DNA of 64,000 nt from assembly GCA_003973385.1 (NCBI GenBank), contig QNYK01000090.1, positions 10,345 to 74,344 of the forward strand, given 5' to 3'. Source of the stretch: Bacillota bacterium. GTDB taxonomy: Bacteria; Planctomycetota; UBA8108; UBA1146. The number at the start of each line of letters is the position of its first letter. Within the stretch, counting starts at the first letter, position 1. Both the position numbers and the translations under genes were made by a program. The notes under the pieces are model-generated. The model was not told where the DNA came from. It saw only the letters and a program-made list of their open reading frames with translations, and did no database searches. Below, one piece after another: positions 1-9,468 of this stretch.

Positions 1-94
1 CGAGACCCGTTCGAGTTCTCGAGTTCGGTCCAGATCCTGACCATGGTCGTCAGGAAGAGTCTGTACTGATCGTTGAAGAAAATGAGGTGAGATC

Positions 95-1183
95 TTGAAA
101 ATCCGCGAAGTCCCTGTCGAAGGATACGAGACTGTTGCCGTGGCGGAAGACCCTGAATCTAGCCTTCACGCGATCATCGCCATCCATGACACCACCCTGG
201 GTCCGGCTCTCGGTGGGCTGCGTCTATGGAAGTACGAGACCGAGGAAGACGCCCTGACCGATGTCTTGAGACTCGCGCGAGGGATGACCTACAAGAGCGC
301 CTGCGCCAATACAGGCCTCGGTGGCGGCAAAGCCGTCATCATCGGAGATAGTGAAACGGACCTCACGGAGTCACGGTTTCGAGCGATGGGCCGCTTCGTG
401 GAGACCCTCGGCGGAAGATACATCACTGCTGAAGATGTGGGCATCGGCATCCGGGAACTGGAATGGCTTCGCAAGGAGACCAGATATGTCACGGGACTTT
501 CGCGTCGTGTCGGCTCCAGCGGTAACCCATCACCTTTCACCGCAAGGGGCGTCATCCGGGGGCTCTTTGCCTGTGCGGAGGAGCGGTTCGGAACCAGTCA
601 TCTCGACCGCCTGCGCTACACGGTTCAGGGTCTCGGGCAAGTAGGTGGTGATGTGGTGCGATGCCTTTCGATGCTGGGTGCGACCGTCACTGTCACCGAT
701 ATCAACGAGGAGCGATGCGAGGAGTTTGCGGCGTTGCCTGGCGTTGAGGTGGTTCCGGCGGAGGAGATCTATTCGGTGGATTGCGATGTCTTCATGCCGT
801 GCGCACTCGGGGGGGTTCTCAACGACGAGACGATTCCGATACTCAAGGCGCAGGTGGTGGCGGGTTGTGCCAATAACCAGTTGCTCAGAAGTGATCATGC
901 TGATTCGCTGCATGCACGTGGGATTCTCTATGCTCCTGATTTCATCATCAATGCTGGTGGCATCATCAATGTCTCCGTGGAAGTTCGTGAAGAGGGATAC
1001 GACGAAAGAACCGCAGTGCGAAAAATAGAGAACATCTATGACGGTTTGCGAGAGGTGTTCGAGACCGCCCGGAGAGAGGACCTCACTCCTGCTAAAGCTG
1101 CGGATCGGGTTGCCGAGTTCCGCCTTGAGCAGGCGCGCAACCGCAACGGGAGTCCCGTCAAAGATACGACGCCAAACTCTTGA
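95..1183 (+). CDS. Glu/Leu/Phe/Val dehydrogenase family enzyme (leucine/phenylalanine dehydrogenase-like)
   Basis: 362-aa ORF with a TTG start. 'GPALGGLRLWKY...ARGMTYKSACANTGLGGGKAVIIGD' is the family catalytic-Lys/glycine-rich motif. A Rossmann 'VQGLGQVGG' follows. Confidence 0.9.
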   Translation: MKIREVPVEGYETVAVAEDPESSLHAIIAIHDTTLGPALGGLRLWKYETEEDALTDVLRLARGMTYKSACANTGLGGGKAVIIGDSETDLTESRFRAMGRFVETLGGRYITAEDVGIGIRELEWLRKETRYVTGLSRRVGSSGNPSPFTARGVIRGLFACAEERFGTSHLDRLRYTVQGLGQVGGDVVRCLSMLGATVTVTDINEERCEEFAALPGVEVVPAEEIYSVDCDVFMPCALGGVLNDETIPILKAQVVAGCANNQLLRSDHADSLHARGILYAPDFIINAGGIINVSVEVREEGYDERTAVRKIENIYDGLREVFETARREDLTPAKAADRVAEFRLEQARNRNGSPVKDTTPNS

Positions 1184-1554
1184 TGAAATTTCTCTCACCG
1201 ATGGGGAATCGTCTGCCCCGACATTGTCGGATTGTAAAAAAAGCAGATTTCAAGCAGGCCTTCTCCAAGGGAATCACTCGCAAGACGAAGCATCTGAAAG
1301 CAGTGATCTACCCGACTGGGGGAGAGTGGTCGCGTATAGGCCTCGCGGTGAGCCGCAAGGTTGGCAATGCCGTGCAGCGGAATCGTCTCAAGCGGCGCCT
1401 CCGCGAGATTTTTCGACTGCAACGCGATCTCGCCCCTGAGGTGAGGGATATCATCTTCATTCCTCGGCCAGGGTGTGCCGCTCTGGCTTATGAAACCATT
1501 GCAGATGAGGCGCAATCCTTGATCGCCATCGAGATTGCACAGAGGTCGAGATGA
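1183..1554 (+). CDS. rnpA: Ribonuclease P protein component
   Basis: Small basic ORF. 'RIVKKADFKQAF...RIGLAVSRKVGNAVQRNRLKRRLREIFR' is the RNase P protein RNR motif. The ATG at 1183 overlaps the upstream TGA (TGATG). Confidence 0.85.
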   Translation: MKFLSPMGNRLPRHCRIVKKADFKQAFSKGITRKTKHLKAVIYPTGGEWSRIGLAVSRKVGNAVQRNRLKRRLREIFRLQRDLAPEVRDIIFIPRPGCAALAYETIADEAQSLIAIEIAQRSR

Positions 1555-1829
1555 GCGATGGTGAACCGCGCGCGGATCACCCGAAGCCCGGAGTCGTTGC
1601 ACGTTTTCTGATGGTATGTGTGCGAATCTATCAGCGTGGGATTTCCGGCTGGCTACCACCGATGTGTCGGTTCGAGCCGAGTTGCAGTCACTTCGGGTTG
1701 GAGGCGCTTCGTCGCCACGGAGCATGGCGAGGTGGGTGGCTGACCATCGGTCGGTTGATGCGGTGCCACCCCTTCAGTCGGGGCGGTTACGATCCGGTTC
1801 CGACGAGCGGTGCAAAAGACACACCTTGA
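1551..1829 (+). CDS. yidD: Membrane protein insertion efficiency factor YidD
   Basis: 'YQRGISGWLPPMCRFEPSCSHFGLEALRRHG...RCHPFSRGGYDPVP' is the YidD hallmark. ATGA overlap with the rnpA stop. Confidence 0.9.
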   Translation: MSDGEPRADHPKPGVVARFLMVCVRIYQRGISGWLPPMCRFEPSCSHFGLEALRRHGAWRGGWLTIGRLMRCHPFSRGGYDPVPTSGAKDTP

Positions 1830-1949
1830 ACCTGTCCTCACCGGCGAAGCGGCAACTGCTGTTGCAGGATGCTTTATAAAGTGTAAAGTGCATCAGGCCT
1901 TCGAGGGTTGCCTCGCGGTTGGGGGACACCCTGGCTAGGAGAGTTCACA

Positions 1950-2207
1950 GTGGCGGAGTCGCTTGTGGGTAAGGTGCCACCGAAACTGTTCAAGATCGGA
2001 GAGGTGATGTCCCATACCGGGATCTCGCGTCAGACGATCCACGATTACACTGTCGGAGGATTTATCGAGGAGGATGCGCGTACACCTGCGGGGCATCGCC
2101 TCTACGGGGAGTGGGTATTTGAGCGTCTCGCGAAGATTCGTGGTCTCCAGGCCGAGGGGCACTCCTTGAAGAAGATCAAGCAGCTGATCGACGAGGGGAA
2201 GATCTAG
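1950..2207 (+). CDS. Short MerR-family HTH transcriptional regulator
   Basis: 'FKIGEVMSHTGISRQTIHDYTVGGFI...GHRLYGEWVFERLAKIRGLQAEGHSLKKIKQLI' is a MerR HTH plus the beginning of the dimerisation helix. GTG at 1950 lies 6 nt after AGGAGAG. The track ORF begins at 1908 (TTG), so the start is uncertain. Confidence 0.75.
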   Translation: MAESLVGKVPPKLFKIGEVMSHTGISRQTIHDYTVGGFIEEDARTPAGHRLYGEWVFERLAKIRGLQAEGHSLKKIKQLIDEGKI

Positions 2208-2356
2208 ATGAACTGGACGGATCCTCAGATTCTGACCGCTGCACTGCTGCTGGCGGCCGCCAGCCAGTGGATCCCTGCACGGGCCGATGCGCGGCACCAC
2301 CTCGGTATCTTGCAGAGTCATGTCAGAATCAGATCCCGGATCTGGAAGGGTTGAAG

Positions 2357-2734
2357 ATGCTCGAATCCGCGGCCAGCAGGCTGCTAGCAGGCCTCCTCCA
2401 GCAGATCAGCAGTGTTGAGCAGTTGCTCGAGCGATGCCAGGAAGATGGCGATGATGCCTCGACCCTGGCGAGGCTTGCCGAACAAGCTCATCAGCGTGTC
2501 GCCGAGGTCCAGGCCGAGGTGATCGATGGCGTCGGTGCATGGGAAGGGAGCTGCTCGGAACTCGATTCCGAACTCCAGTTGCAGATCGCGCAGGCGAGGA
2601 CTCGCTTCCAGGATGCGATCTCCAGCGTTCTCTCGCACCAGGGAGCCCTTCTGGATGCGATCGAGGTCGATGAGGTGGCAGCCGATCCAGGCCAGGTCGA
2701 GTCCGCAGATCCGGGGCAGAAATCGGTCATTTGA
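2357..2734 (+). CDS. Hypothetical acidic, helix-rich protein
   Basis: ATG at 2357 preceded by GGAAGGG. The translation is E/Q/A/L-rich and looks coiled-coil-like. I recognise no family. Confidence 0.4.
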   Translation: MLESAASRLLAGLLQQISSVEQLLERCQEDGDDASTLARLAEQAHQRVAEVQAEVIDGVGAWEGSCSELDSELQLQIAQARTRFQDAISSVLSHQGALLDAIEVDEVAADPGQVESADPGQKSVI

Positions 2735-2913
2735 TGACCGGTATCGTCGATTCGTGCCCCGTGAGATGAGAGCAGGCGTGATCGTCTGTGCTATGATTCG
2801 CCGCCGGAGCATTCCAATGTGTTCAGCCCGGGTATCGGTACCGTGTTGCTCAGGGCCCGTGTTGCTCTGGAAGCGTGTTACATGGCAGTCGGTGGATCAA
2901 GCAGGAGGATCAG

Positions 2914-5784
2914 ATGACGGATCAGGATTCTCTCTGGGACTCCATGGGCAAGGTGGGGTTTCGCAGTGGGCCCTCAACTGCTGCCGATGGAGAGGATCTG
3001 GACCAGATCCCTGATAGAGGGGATCTGGGTTCCCACCCATATTCCGCTTTTCTTCATCGACTCGAAAAGCCAGGCCGCTATACAGGCGGTGAACTTCATT
3101 CGGTCAGAAAAAAGGCTGCAGACCTTTCATTCCTGCTCGCGTTTCCGGATGTTTACGAGATCGGAATGAGCCACCTTGGCTTCAAGATCCTGTATTCCCA
3201 TCTCAACTCGCTCGAGGGCGTTCGAGCAGAGCGGATGTATACCCCCTGGATCGATTGTGAGAAGGAACTTCGGGATCGAGGGATTCCTCTCGTTAGCATC
3301 GAATCCTGGCAGCCGATGTCCGACTTCGATGTGATCGGATTTTCACTCCAGTACGAACTCACATTTACCAATGTACTGACGATGCTCGATCTCGGGGGGA
3401 TCCCGATTCGATCCGAGCAACGAGATGACGACTGCCCTCTGGTGATGGCAGGCGGGCCAGTGGCATTTCAGCCGGAGCCGATGAGTGCGTTCATCGACGC
3501 ATTTCTGATCGGTGATGGTGAGGGCTTCTTCCACTCCGTCGTCAAACTCTGGAGCCAACTCAGACGCCAAGGAATCAGCCGTCGCGAGCGGTTGATCGCC
3601 ATCAGCCAACTCGCCGGTGTTTATGTGCCTTCTCTTTACAGCACCCGGATCGAACCCTTGACCGGGATCACGGTCGTGGATGCTCCGCTCGACGAGCGGG
3701 TACCCGCTCGGGTTTCCAGGGCTCATGTCGCCGATCTGGGCGAGTATCCATTTCCCAGCGCCTCTCCGATTCCCAACACGGAAGTGGTCTTCGACCGCGT
3801 CAGTATCGAGGTCGCGAGAGGATGCACCGAAGGGTGCAGATTCTGCCAGGCGGGAATGATCTATCGCCCCGTCAGGGAGAGATCGCCCGAGGAGATCCAG
3901 AAGACCGTCAGGGACTCGATTCGATGTGGGGGCTTTGACGAGGTCTCACTGACGAGCCTCTCCACGGCGGATTACAGCGCCATCGAGCCGCTGGTGAAGA
4001 GTGTGATGCCCGAACTTCGCGAGAAGAACATCTCACTTTCCGTCTCCTCATTGCGAGCCTACGGCCTCACAGATTCGATGCTCGATGAGATGGCCAGCGT
4101 TCGAAATACATCGCTGACATTTGCCCCCGAGGCAGGTACCCAACGAATGAGGGATGTCGTCAACAAGAACATCACCGAGGAGGATATCGCAAAGAGCGCT
4201 CACAGGATCTTTTCTCGCGGTTGGCGCAAGATGAAACTCTACTTCATGATCGGACTACCCACAGAGGATGAATCCGATGTCCGTGGCATTGCCGATACCG
4301 GCAGGCGAATGCTGGAAATCGCCAATGAGTACCTGCCGAAGGGGAGAGCCGGAGTCACGGTGTCGGTGTCGAGTCATGTGCCGAAGCCATTCACTCCCTT
4401 TCAGTGGGCTGCGATGGACGATATTCCCGAGATCGAGCGCAAGCACGATGCTCTGCGCAAATGGACTCGTGTACCGGGCATGAAGTTGAAGTGGCATGAT
4501 CCGACCACCAGCCACATCGAGGGAATCCTGAGCCGCGGTGACCGGGTGCTCTGTGATGTGGTCGAGACCGCCTGGCGAAAGGGGTGCCGCTTCGATGGCT
4601 GGTCAGACCGGATGAGATTTGACCTCTGGATGGAAGCGATCGAGGAGTGCGAAATCGATCGGTATCGCTACCTCGGCACGATCCCATTGGATGCTCGCCT
4701 GGCCTGGGACCACATCGACTGTGGAGTCGAAGATGAGTTTCTGAAACGAGAGTACCGCAGATCGCTCAAGGATCGCACCTCGCACCCTTGCGGGAAGCCG
4801 GGCAAGCGATTGACGCACTACAACAACATCGAGGAGGCGAGCGAGGACAGGCGAAGGCTGGTCTGCTACGACTGCGGGATCGTATGCGACCTGACACAGA
4901 TGAAATCCGAGAGGATCGATCACCTGGAGTACCTCGATGCCCACCAGGATAGAGTCAGCGACTCGTCTCAAAGGGATGCTGACCTGGACTCCGTGCGCGA
5001 GGCCTCGAAGGCGCGCTGGCTCGCCCAGGAGAATCACAATCGGCCGCCTGAGCGGAAGGAACTCGATCGAGTTCGCTACTCCTACAGGGTTCGCTACGCC
5101 AAGGTCGGTTGCTCACGCTTCATGGGCCATCTCGATCTGAACCGGATGATTCCGCGAGCGGTACGTCGAGCGGGATTGACTCCATCCTACTCGATGGGAT
5201 TTCATCCGATCCCGCAGATGTCCTTTGGTCCACCGCTTCGCCTTGGCATGGCAGGGCTCAGTGAGGTGATGGATCTTCACCTGCAAGAGCAACTGGATCC
5301 CGAGACACTCAGGTGTGCTCTGGCCGATCAGTTCCCCGAGGGACTGGAGATTCGATCGGTACACGCCATCGGAACCGAAGCCCCGAAGTTGTCGCTGGTG
5401 AGCAATTGGGCTGATTACCTGATCCTGCTCCCCGAGGATTCGGTCCAGGGGATGAGCGCCGGAGTCATCGATCAGCTGATGGAGATGCAGGAGCTCCTGG
5501 TCGAGAAGTTCAGCAAGAAGGGGAAGCGTAGGATGGTGGATATCCGTCCTGGTATCGCAGACCTCGGTTGGTATGACGAGATCCCGGCAGATTGCGCAGA
5601 TCTACTCGCCGTGCGGCCGGACGAGAAGATACTCCACATGAGAATCTGCCTGCAGGGCGATCACCAGACGAAGCCGGAAGAGGTGCTGGTCAAACTCTTC
5701 GATGGCGTGGTGCCTGCATCGACGCAGGTGATTCGCAGGCGCATGCTTCCGAGTCCGACTGTTGTGCTGGCGCACAGCCACTGA
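2914..5784 (+). CDS. Radical SAM protein, fusion of a TIGR03960-like radical-SAM module and a DUF2344/TIGR03936-like C-terminal module
   Basis: AGGAGG lies 5 nt upstream of ATG 2914. Motifs seen: N-terminal 'LEKPGRYTGGE', the CxxxCxxC cluster motif 'ARGCTEGCRFCQAG', and C-terminal 'YRVRYAKVGCSRFMGHLDLNRMIPRAVRRAGL...SMGFHP'. Confidence 0.88.
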   Translation: MTDQDSLWDSMGKVGFRSGPSTAADGEDLDQIPDRGDLGSHPYSAFLHRLEKPGRYTGGELHSVRKKAADLSFLLAFPDVYEIGMSHLGFKILYSHLNSLEGVRAERMYTPWIDCEKELRDRGIPLVSIESWQPMSDFDVIGFSLQYELTFTNVLTMLDLGGIPIRSEQRDDDCPLVMAGGPVAFQPEPMSAFIDAFLIGDGEGFFHSVVKLWSQLRRQGISRRERLIAISQLAGVYVPSLYSTRIEPLTGITVVDAPLDERVPARVSRAHVADLGEYPFPSASPIPNTEVVFDRVSIEVARGCTEGCRFCQAGMIYRPVRERSPEEIQKTVRDSIRCGGFDEVSLTSLSTADYSAIEPLVKSVMPELREKNISLSVSSLRAYGLTDSMLDEMASVRNTSLTFAPEAGTQRMRDVVNKNITEEDIAKSAHRIFSRGWRKMKLYFMIGLPTEDESDVRGIADTGRRMLEIANEYLPKGRAGVTVSVSSHVPKPFTPFQWAAMDDIPEIERKHDALRKWTRVPGMKLKWHDPTTSHIEGILSRGDRVLCDVVETAWRKGCRFDGWSDRMRFDLWMEAIEECEIDRYRYLGTIPLDARLAWDHIDCGVEDEFLKREYRRSLKDRTSHPCGKPGKRLTHYNNIEEASEDRRRLVCYDCGIVCDLTQMKSERIDHLEYLDAHQDRVSDSSQRDADLDSVREASKARWLAQENHNRPPERKELDRVRYSYRVRYAKVGCSRFMGHLDLNRMIPRAVRRAGLTPSYSMGFHPIPQMSFGPPLRLGMAGLSEVMDLHLQEQLDPETLRCALADQFPEGLEIRSVHAIGTEAPKLSLVSNWADYLILLPEDSVQGMSAGVIDQLMEMQELLVEKFSKKGKRRMVDIRPGIADLGWYDEIPADCADLLAVRPDEKILHMRICLQGDHQTKPEEVLVKLFDGVVPASTQVIRRRMLPSPTVVLAHSH

Positions 5785-5863
5785 GATTCTGAGCGACGAA
5801 CAGAAGCCAGATCCGAATCGATTCAACCGGGAGTCGGTGCATCCTGTGTGGCACGCATGATGA

Positions 5864-6097
5864 TCAGGACGAGTCGTCGCCGATCGCCTCGACGGGACAC
5901 TCCTCCTTGGCTTGCTCGCTGAGCTCGATCTCCTCGGGAGTCTGCGGCTGCTTGAAGACATAGGAATAGCCCTCGTCTTCGTTGGCACGGAAGTTGTCAG
6001 GCGCTGTGGTGCGGCACAGGTCACAGTCGATGCACTCCTCATCGACATACCATTTTCCAGGCACGTTACTTTCGACCTTGTTCGCTGGGTCTGCCAT
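5864..6097 (-). CDS. Small single-cluster ferredoxin
   Basis: 77 aa counting from the internal ATG at 6097 ('MADPANK...'). 'CIDCDLC...EECPVEAI' is a CxxCxxC...CP iron-sulfur motif. The longer track ORF extends to 6268 with an implausible N-terminus. Confidence 0.8.
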   Translation of the reverse strand: MADPANKVESNVPGKWYVDEECIDCDLCRTTAPDNFRANEDEGYSYVFKQPQTPEEIELSEQAKEECPVEAIGDDSS

Positions 6098-6332
6098 GAG
6101 ATCTCTCCAAGTCTGGCGAGGTACGTCTCCGGGGCGATACGCCGCCGCTCGGGAACGAACCTCCATGCGCATGAGAATAGAATTACCGTCTATTTCCCGC
6201 AAGTGAACCGATTCTCTGGTCTGCTGGCGGCACCTCGTGGCAGCGTATATTCTCCCTGTTGCGGCCACAGGCCGCTACCTTGCTGATCCAGGGCTATTAG
6301 GCAGTTTCGGAGGCGAGGCGGAAGGAGCACCT

Positions 6333-7163
6333 GTGAAGGTCGTCATAGCACATTCTCCTGATTCGGATGATGCATTCATGCACTTTGCCATCGGTGAGGG
6401 CAAGGTGGATACAGGAGAGTATCAATTCGAGCACGAGATGGCCGACATCGAGACTCTCAACCGTCATGCAGTCGAGGGGCGCCACGAAGTGACCGCCATC
6501 TCCATTCACGCCTATGCGCATCTTGCAGACAAGTACGCTCTGCTCAATCACGGTGCGAGTATGGGTGAAGGTTACGGTCCGGTTTTGATCACCCGTGATC
6601 CGAGATCCAGGGAAGATCTTGAGGATTGCATCATTGCAGTTCCCGGAGAATGGACCAGTGCTGCCCTCGCATTGAAACTGTGGATGCCTCATGCAATCAC
6701 GCAGGTGGTTCCCTTCGATGAAATCATGCAGAGGATCGACTCGGGAGAGTTCGAAGCGGGTGTGATCATTCACGAGGGTCAGGTTACTTATGAAGAAGAG
6801 GGATACCACAAGGTGGTTGATCTCGGTGATTGGTGGGCCACGACCCAGGACGGTCTTCCGCTGCCGCTGGGAGGAAACGCCATCCGAAGAGATCTTGGCG
6901 AGAAACATATTCGCGAGATTTCGAGGATTCTGCGCGAGAGCATCGCCTATGCCCTGGAGCACAGGGAAGAGGCACTCAACTATGCCGAACAGTACAACCG
7001 CGGACTCACTCGTGAGCAAACCGATCGATTCGTCGGAATGTATGTCAACCAGCGCACCCTCGATTACGGTGAAGATGGTCGTGAGGCTGTATGCCGGTTC
7101 CTGCGAATGGGTGCCGGCACGGGTGCCGTCCCGGAAATTCCAGAACCGGAATTCATCGCCTGA
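6333..7163 (+). CDS. MqnA/MqnD/SBP-family protein (futalosine-pathway-like periplasmic-binding fold)
   Basis: GTG at 6333 follows GGAAGGAG. 'VVIAHSPDSDDAFMHFAI...TAISIHAYAHL...GPVLITRDP' resembles the family motif SPCPND(T/A)F. Confidence 0.7.
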   Translation: MKVVIAHSPDSDDAFMHFAIGEGKVDTGEYQFEHEMADIETLNRHAVEGRHEVTAISIHAYAHLADKYALLNHGASMGEGYGPVLITRDPRSREDLEDCIIAVPGEWTSAALALKLWMPHAITQVVPFDEIMQRIDSGEFEAGVIIHEGQVTYEEEGYHKVVDLGDWWATTQDGLPLPLGGNAIRRDLGEKHIREISRILRESIAYALEHREEALNYAEQYNRGLTREQTDRFVGMYVNQRTLDYGEDGREAVCRFLRMGAGTGAVPEIPEPEFIA

Positions 7164-7217
7164 CCGATCGCAACTCTCCTGAGCACCCCTGTCGATCAGG
7201 GGGAGGAGGCAGCACAG

Positions 7218-8573
7218 GTGTCCACTGGCGATGAAGAACCACAACCGTGGAGCATCGTCTCCGGTTGGACGGGCAATTGTCGATCCCGCTCACGGTTGAT
7301 TCGCTGTTCGAGCATCGATGATCTCCGCACCAGCATCCAGCAGCCGGGTCGCTGGCTCCCTCGCGGCGCAGGGTGTTCCTATGGGGATGCGGCCATCCTG
7401 GAAGAGGGCCGTCTGGTACTTCTCGACCACGAGGCAATCGACGAGCAGAAGCAGCCAGCCTCTGGCAGTGTCACGGTATCGGCTGCGGTGACACTCCGGA
7501 CTCTGTTGCCTGCGCTCGCCACTCGGGGTTTGACCTTGCCGGTGGTTCCAGGCGTCCTCGATGCAACGATCGGTGGCATCGTTGCAGCGGATGCTCACGG
7601 AAAGAACCACCTGACGAGAGGATCGATTCGAGACGTGACGGACTCCTTGAGACTGATGCTGCCCTCGGGGGACCTGATCGACTGCGATCGCTCAGATGGA
7701 ACTGATTTATTCGAGGCGACCATCGGTGGCATGGGGCTGACAGGGATGATCACCGAGGCAACACTTCAGGTGATTCCACTGCTTGCACGAACAGTTCGCG
7801 TCGAGCAGATTGCCACCTCTGATCTGGAATCGTCGCTGAATCAACTGCGTCTCCTGTCCCAGCATCACGAACATGTTGCTGCCTGGCTCGATCCGACTCC
7901 TCGAGGAGCAGCATTTGGCCGCGGAATCGTCGTGGCGGGCAGCCCCTATCTGGAGCATCAGCAATCTCAGATGGCGCATCCGAGCAACTGGGAACTGACC
8001 CCTGGAAGTACGCTGCCACCTCTGGTTGCTTCACTGCTGACGCCCGTGGGCATTTCGTGTCACAACACCCTTCGTCACCTTCGTGCTCGATTCTGGCGGG
8101 GAACTTCGACCTGGAAACTGGACCGACTACTGTTTCCTCTGGAGAGGTGGAAGAACTGGAAGCAGATCTACAAACCGGCTGGTTTTCACCAGCACCAGTC
8201 ACTGGTTCCCGCTGCGGTATGTGATGTGGTGATCCGGAAATTGCTCGAGATGTCAGTTTCCGGTGGTTGCCCGCCCACGCTTGTGGTTCTCAAGATGATG
8301 CGTGGAGGGTCAGGATGGCTTTCGTTCCCGGACGAAGGGATGACGCTGTCGATGGATTTCCGATCCGAGGAGGGAACTGTTGACCTGCTGCGACAACTCG
8401 ACGAAAGGGTCGCACAGGAACAGGGGAGAGTATATCTGGCGAAGGACTCGACGTTGACACCGGAACTCTTCAGGGCGATGTACCCTGACCTCGGCAGGTT
8501 TCAAAAACTCCGTCAGCAATTCGATCCGCAGCAAAAGTTGAACTCTGAGCTCTCTCTGAGATTGAAGATCTAG
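7218..8573 (+). CDS. FAD-binding oxidoreductase, DprE1-like (decaprenylphosphoryl-ribose oxidase family)
   Basis: GTG start after GGGAGGAGG. 'GWTGNCRSR...LPRGAGCSYGDAAI' parallels DprE1 'GWGR...ARGLGRSYGD'. The C-terminus 'VYLAKDSTLTPELFRAMYPDLGRFQKLRQQFDP' is also family-like. Confidence 0.85.
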   Translation: MSTGDEEPQPWSIVSGWTGNCRSRSRLIRCSSIDDLRTSIQQPGRWLPRGAGCSYGDAAILEEGRLVLLDHEAIDEQKQPASGSVTVSAAVTLRTLLPALATRGLTLPVVPGVLDATIGGIVAADAHGKNHLTRGSIRDVTDSLRLMLPSGDLIDCDRSDGTDLFEATIGGMGLTGMITEATLQVIPLLARTVRVEQIATSDLESSLNQLRLLSQHHEHVAAWLDPTPRGAAFGRGIVVAGSPYLEHQQSQMAHPSNWELTPGSTLPPLVASLLTPVGISCHNTLRHLRARFWRGTSTWKLDRLLFPLERWKNWKQIYKPAGFHQHQSLVPAAVCDVVIRKLLEMSVSGGCPPTLVVLKMMRGGSGWLSFPDEGMTLSMDFRSEEGTVDLLRQLDERVAQEQGRVYLAKDSTLTPELFRAMYPDLGRFQKLRQQFDPQQKLNSELSLRLKI

Positions 8574-8601
8574 AGCGAGGTCTACTCAGTGGTCGCACGC
8601 T

Positions 8602-9468
8602 TCAAAACCGGAAAATGACACCGAACTCGACCAGCTCAAGCGCGAGATCCAGATCGATCAATCGCCCATCTGCAGTTCTGGACAGCTGAATGGAATGGTC
8701 TCTCACCCCTGCAAAGATGTTCCACTGCGGATCCGCCTGCCATTCCAACCGAATCGAACCATCGATGCACTCTGCGTCGTACCCGGTAATCTCGGATAGC
8801 GGCAGCACCGTGAGAATCCCTTCAAGGTTCCAGGATGGAGCGATTTCAAGCTTCGATTGTAATCCGAGAACGGGAGCGGGGGCGAGTTCATCGAACTCGG
8901 CAAAGACAGTCGGGTCCGATGTCGAAATCATGTTGATCCGGATCGCAGTCATATCCAGCCCGGCCAGTAGCCGGGTATCGAGAATGCCCTCCTCGCCCCG
9001 GGCTGCAGCCGTGAGGGGAAATGCCATCAGTATGCGATAGTCAACGATGTCGACCTCAGCGCCGTAGTCGCCTGGGTCCAAATCAGCTCCTCCGAATGCT
9101 CCCGAAAAGAAGCCCACTGAAGAACTGGAAGTTTCGATGCGATCAATCAGGAATCGAAGTGGACCATGATCCAACTGAATCCGGATGCCGACAGAAAGAG
9201 CTGATTCAGACAGCCCGATGTCATCGAGGTTGAGTGCAGTGACGGAGCCTCCGGAATCAGTTGTCATCGATCCTGTCGGAGCGGTCCTGGCAGCAGACAG
9301 GTGCGCCTGGACATTCAGATTCTGCTGAAACTGCGAAGATATGGAGCAGCCGGATGGGGCAAACGCCAGCAACAGTGAAGTGAACAGGGCCCAACCAGGG
9401 GTCCCGAATGAAGAGCGCATCGGCGACGCACTACAAAATCGGAGATCTTGCTTCGGGTTCGGATTCAT
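8602..9468 (-). CDS. Hypothetical lipoprotein, probable outer-membrane beta-barrel
   Basis: Internal ATG at 9468 gives 'MNPNPK...WALFTSLLLAFAPSGCS', a signal peptide with a lipobox-like SGC. The sequence alternates hydrophobic residues and ends in 'FGVIFRF' (terminal Phe). Start at 9468 versus 9420 is uncertain. Confidence 0.55.
   Translation of the reverse strand: MNPNPKQDLRFCSASPMRSSFGTPGWALFTSLLLAFAPSGCSISSQFQQNLNVQAHLSAARTAPTGSMTTDSGGSVTALNLDDIGLSESALSVGIRIQLDHGPLRFLIDRIETSSSSVGFFSGAFGGADLDPGDYGAEVDIVDYRILMAFPLTAAARGEEGILDTRLLAGLDMTAIRINMISTSDPTVFAEFDELAPAPVLGLQSKLEIAPSWNLEGILTVLPLSEITGYDAECIDGSIRLEWQADPQWNIFAGVRDHSIQLSRTADGRLIDLDLALELVEFGVIFRF

Noticed and set aside
1-94. Partial ORFs at the left edge: a plus frame ending in TGA at 67-69, and a minus frame with ATG at 44 reading MVRIWTELENSNGS... 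off the window.
   Set aside because: Each is only about 15-20 codons, and both strands are open, so there is no basis to choose or name either.
530-1198. Long antisense ORFs lie opposite well-supported genes. Examples: 530..1198-, 6297..7244-, 15705..16343-, 17434..18114-, 22305..23084-, 22853..23860-, 29545..30093+, 30518..31270+, 34624..35580-, 38267..39169-, 47626..48504+, 58424..59269+, 61605..62537-.
   Set aside because: Each lies entirely inside a gene whose translation has clear family motifs on the other strand. Their own translations are R/S/P/G-rich low-complexity sequence, which is typical of stop-poor antisense frames in GC-rich DNA.
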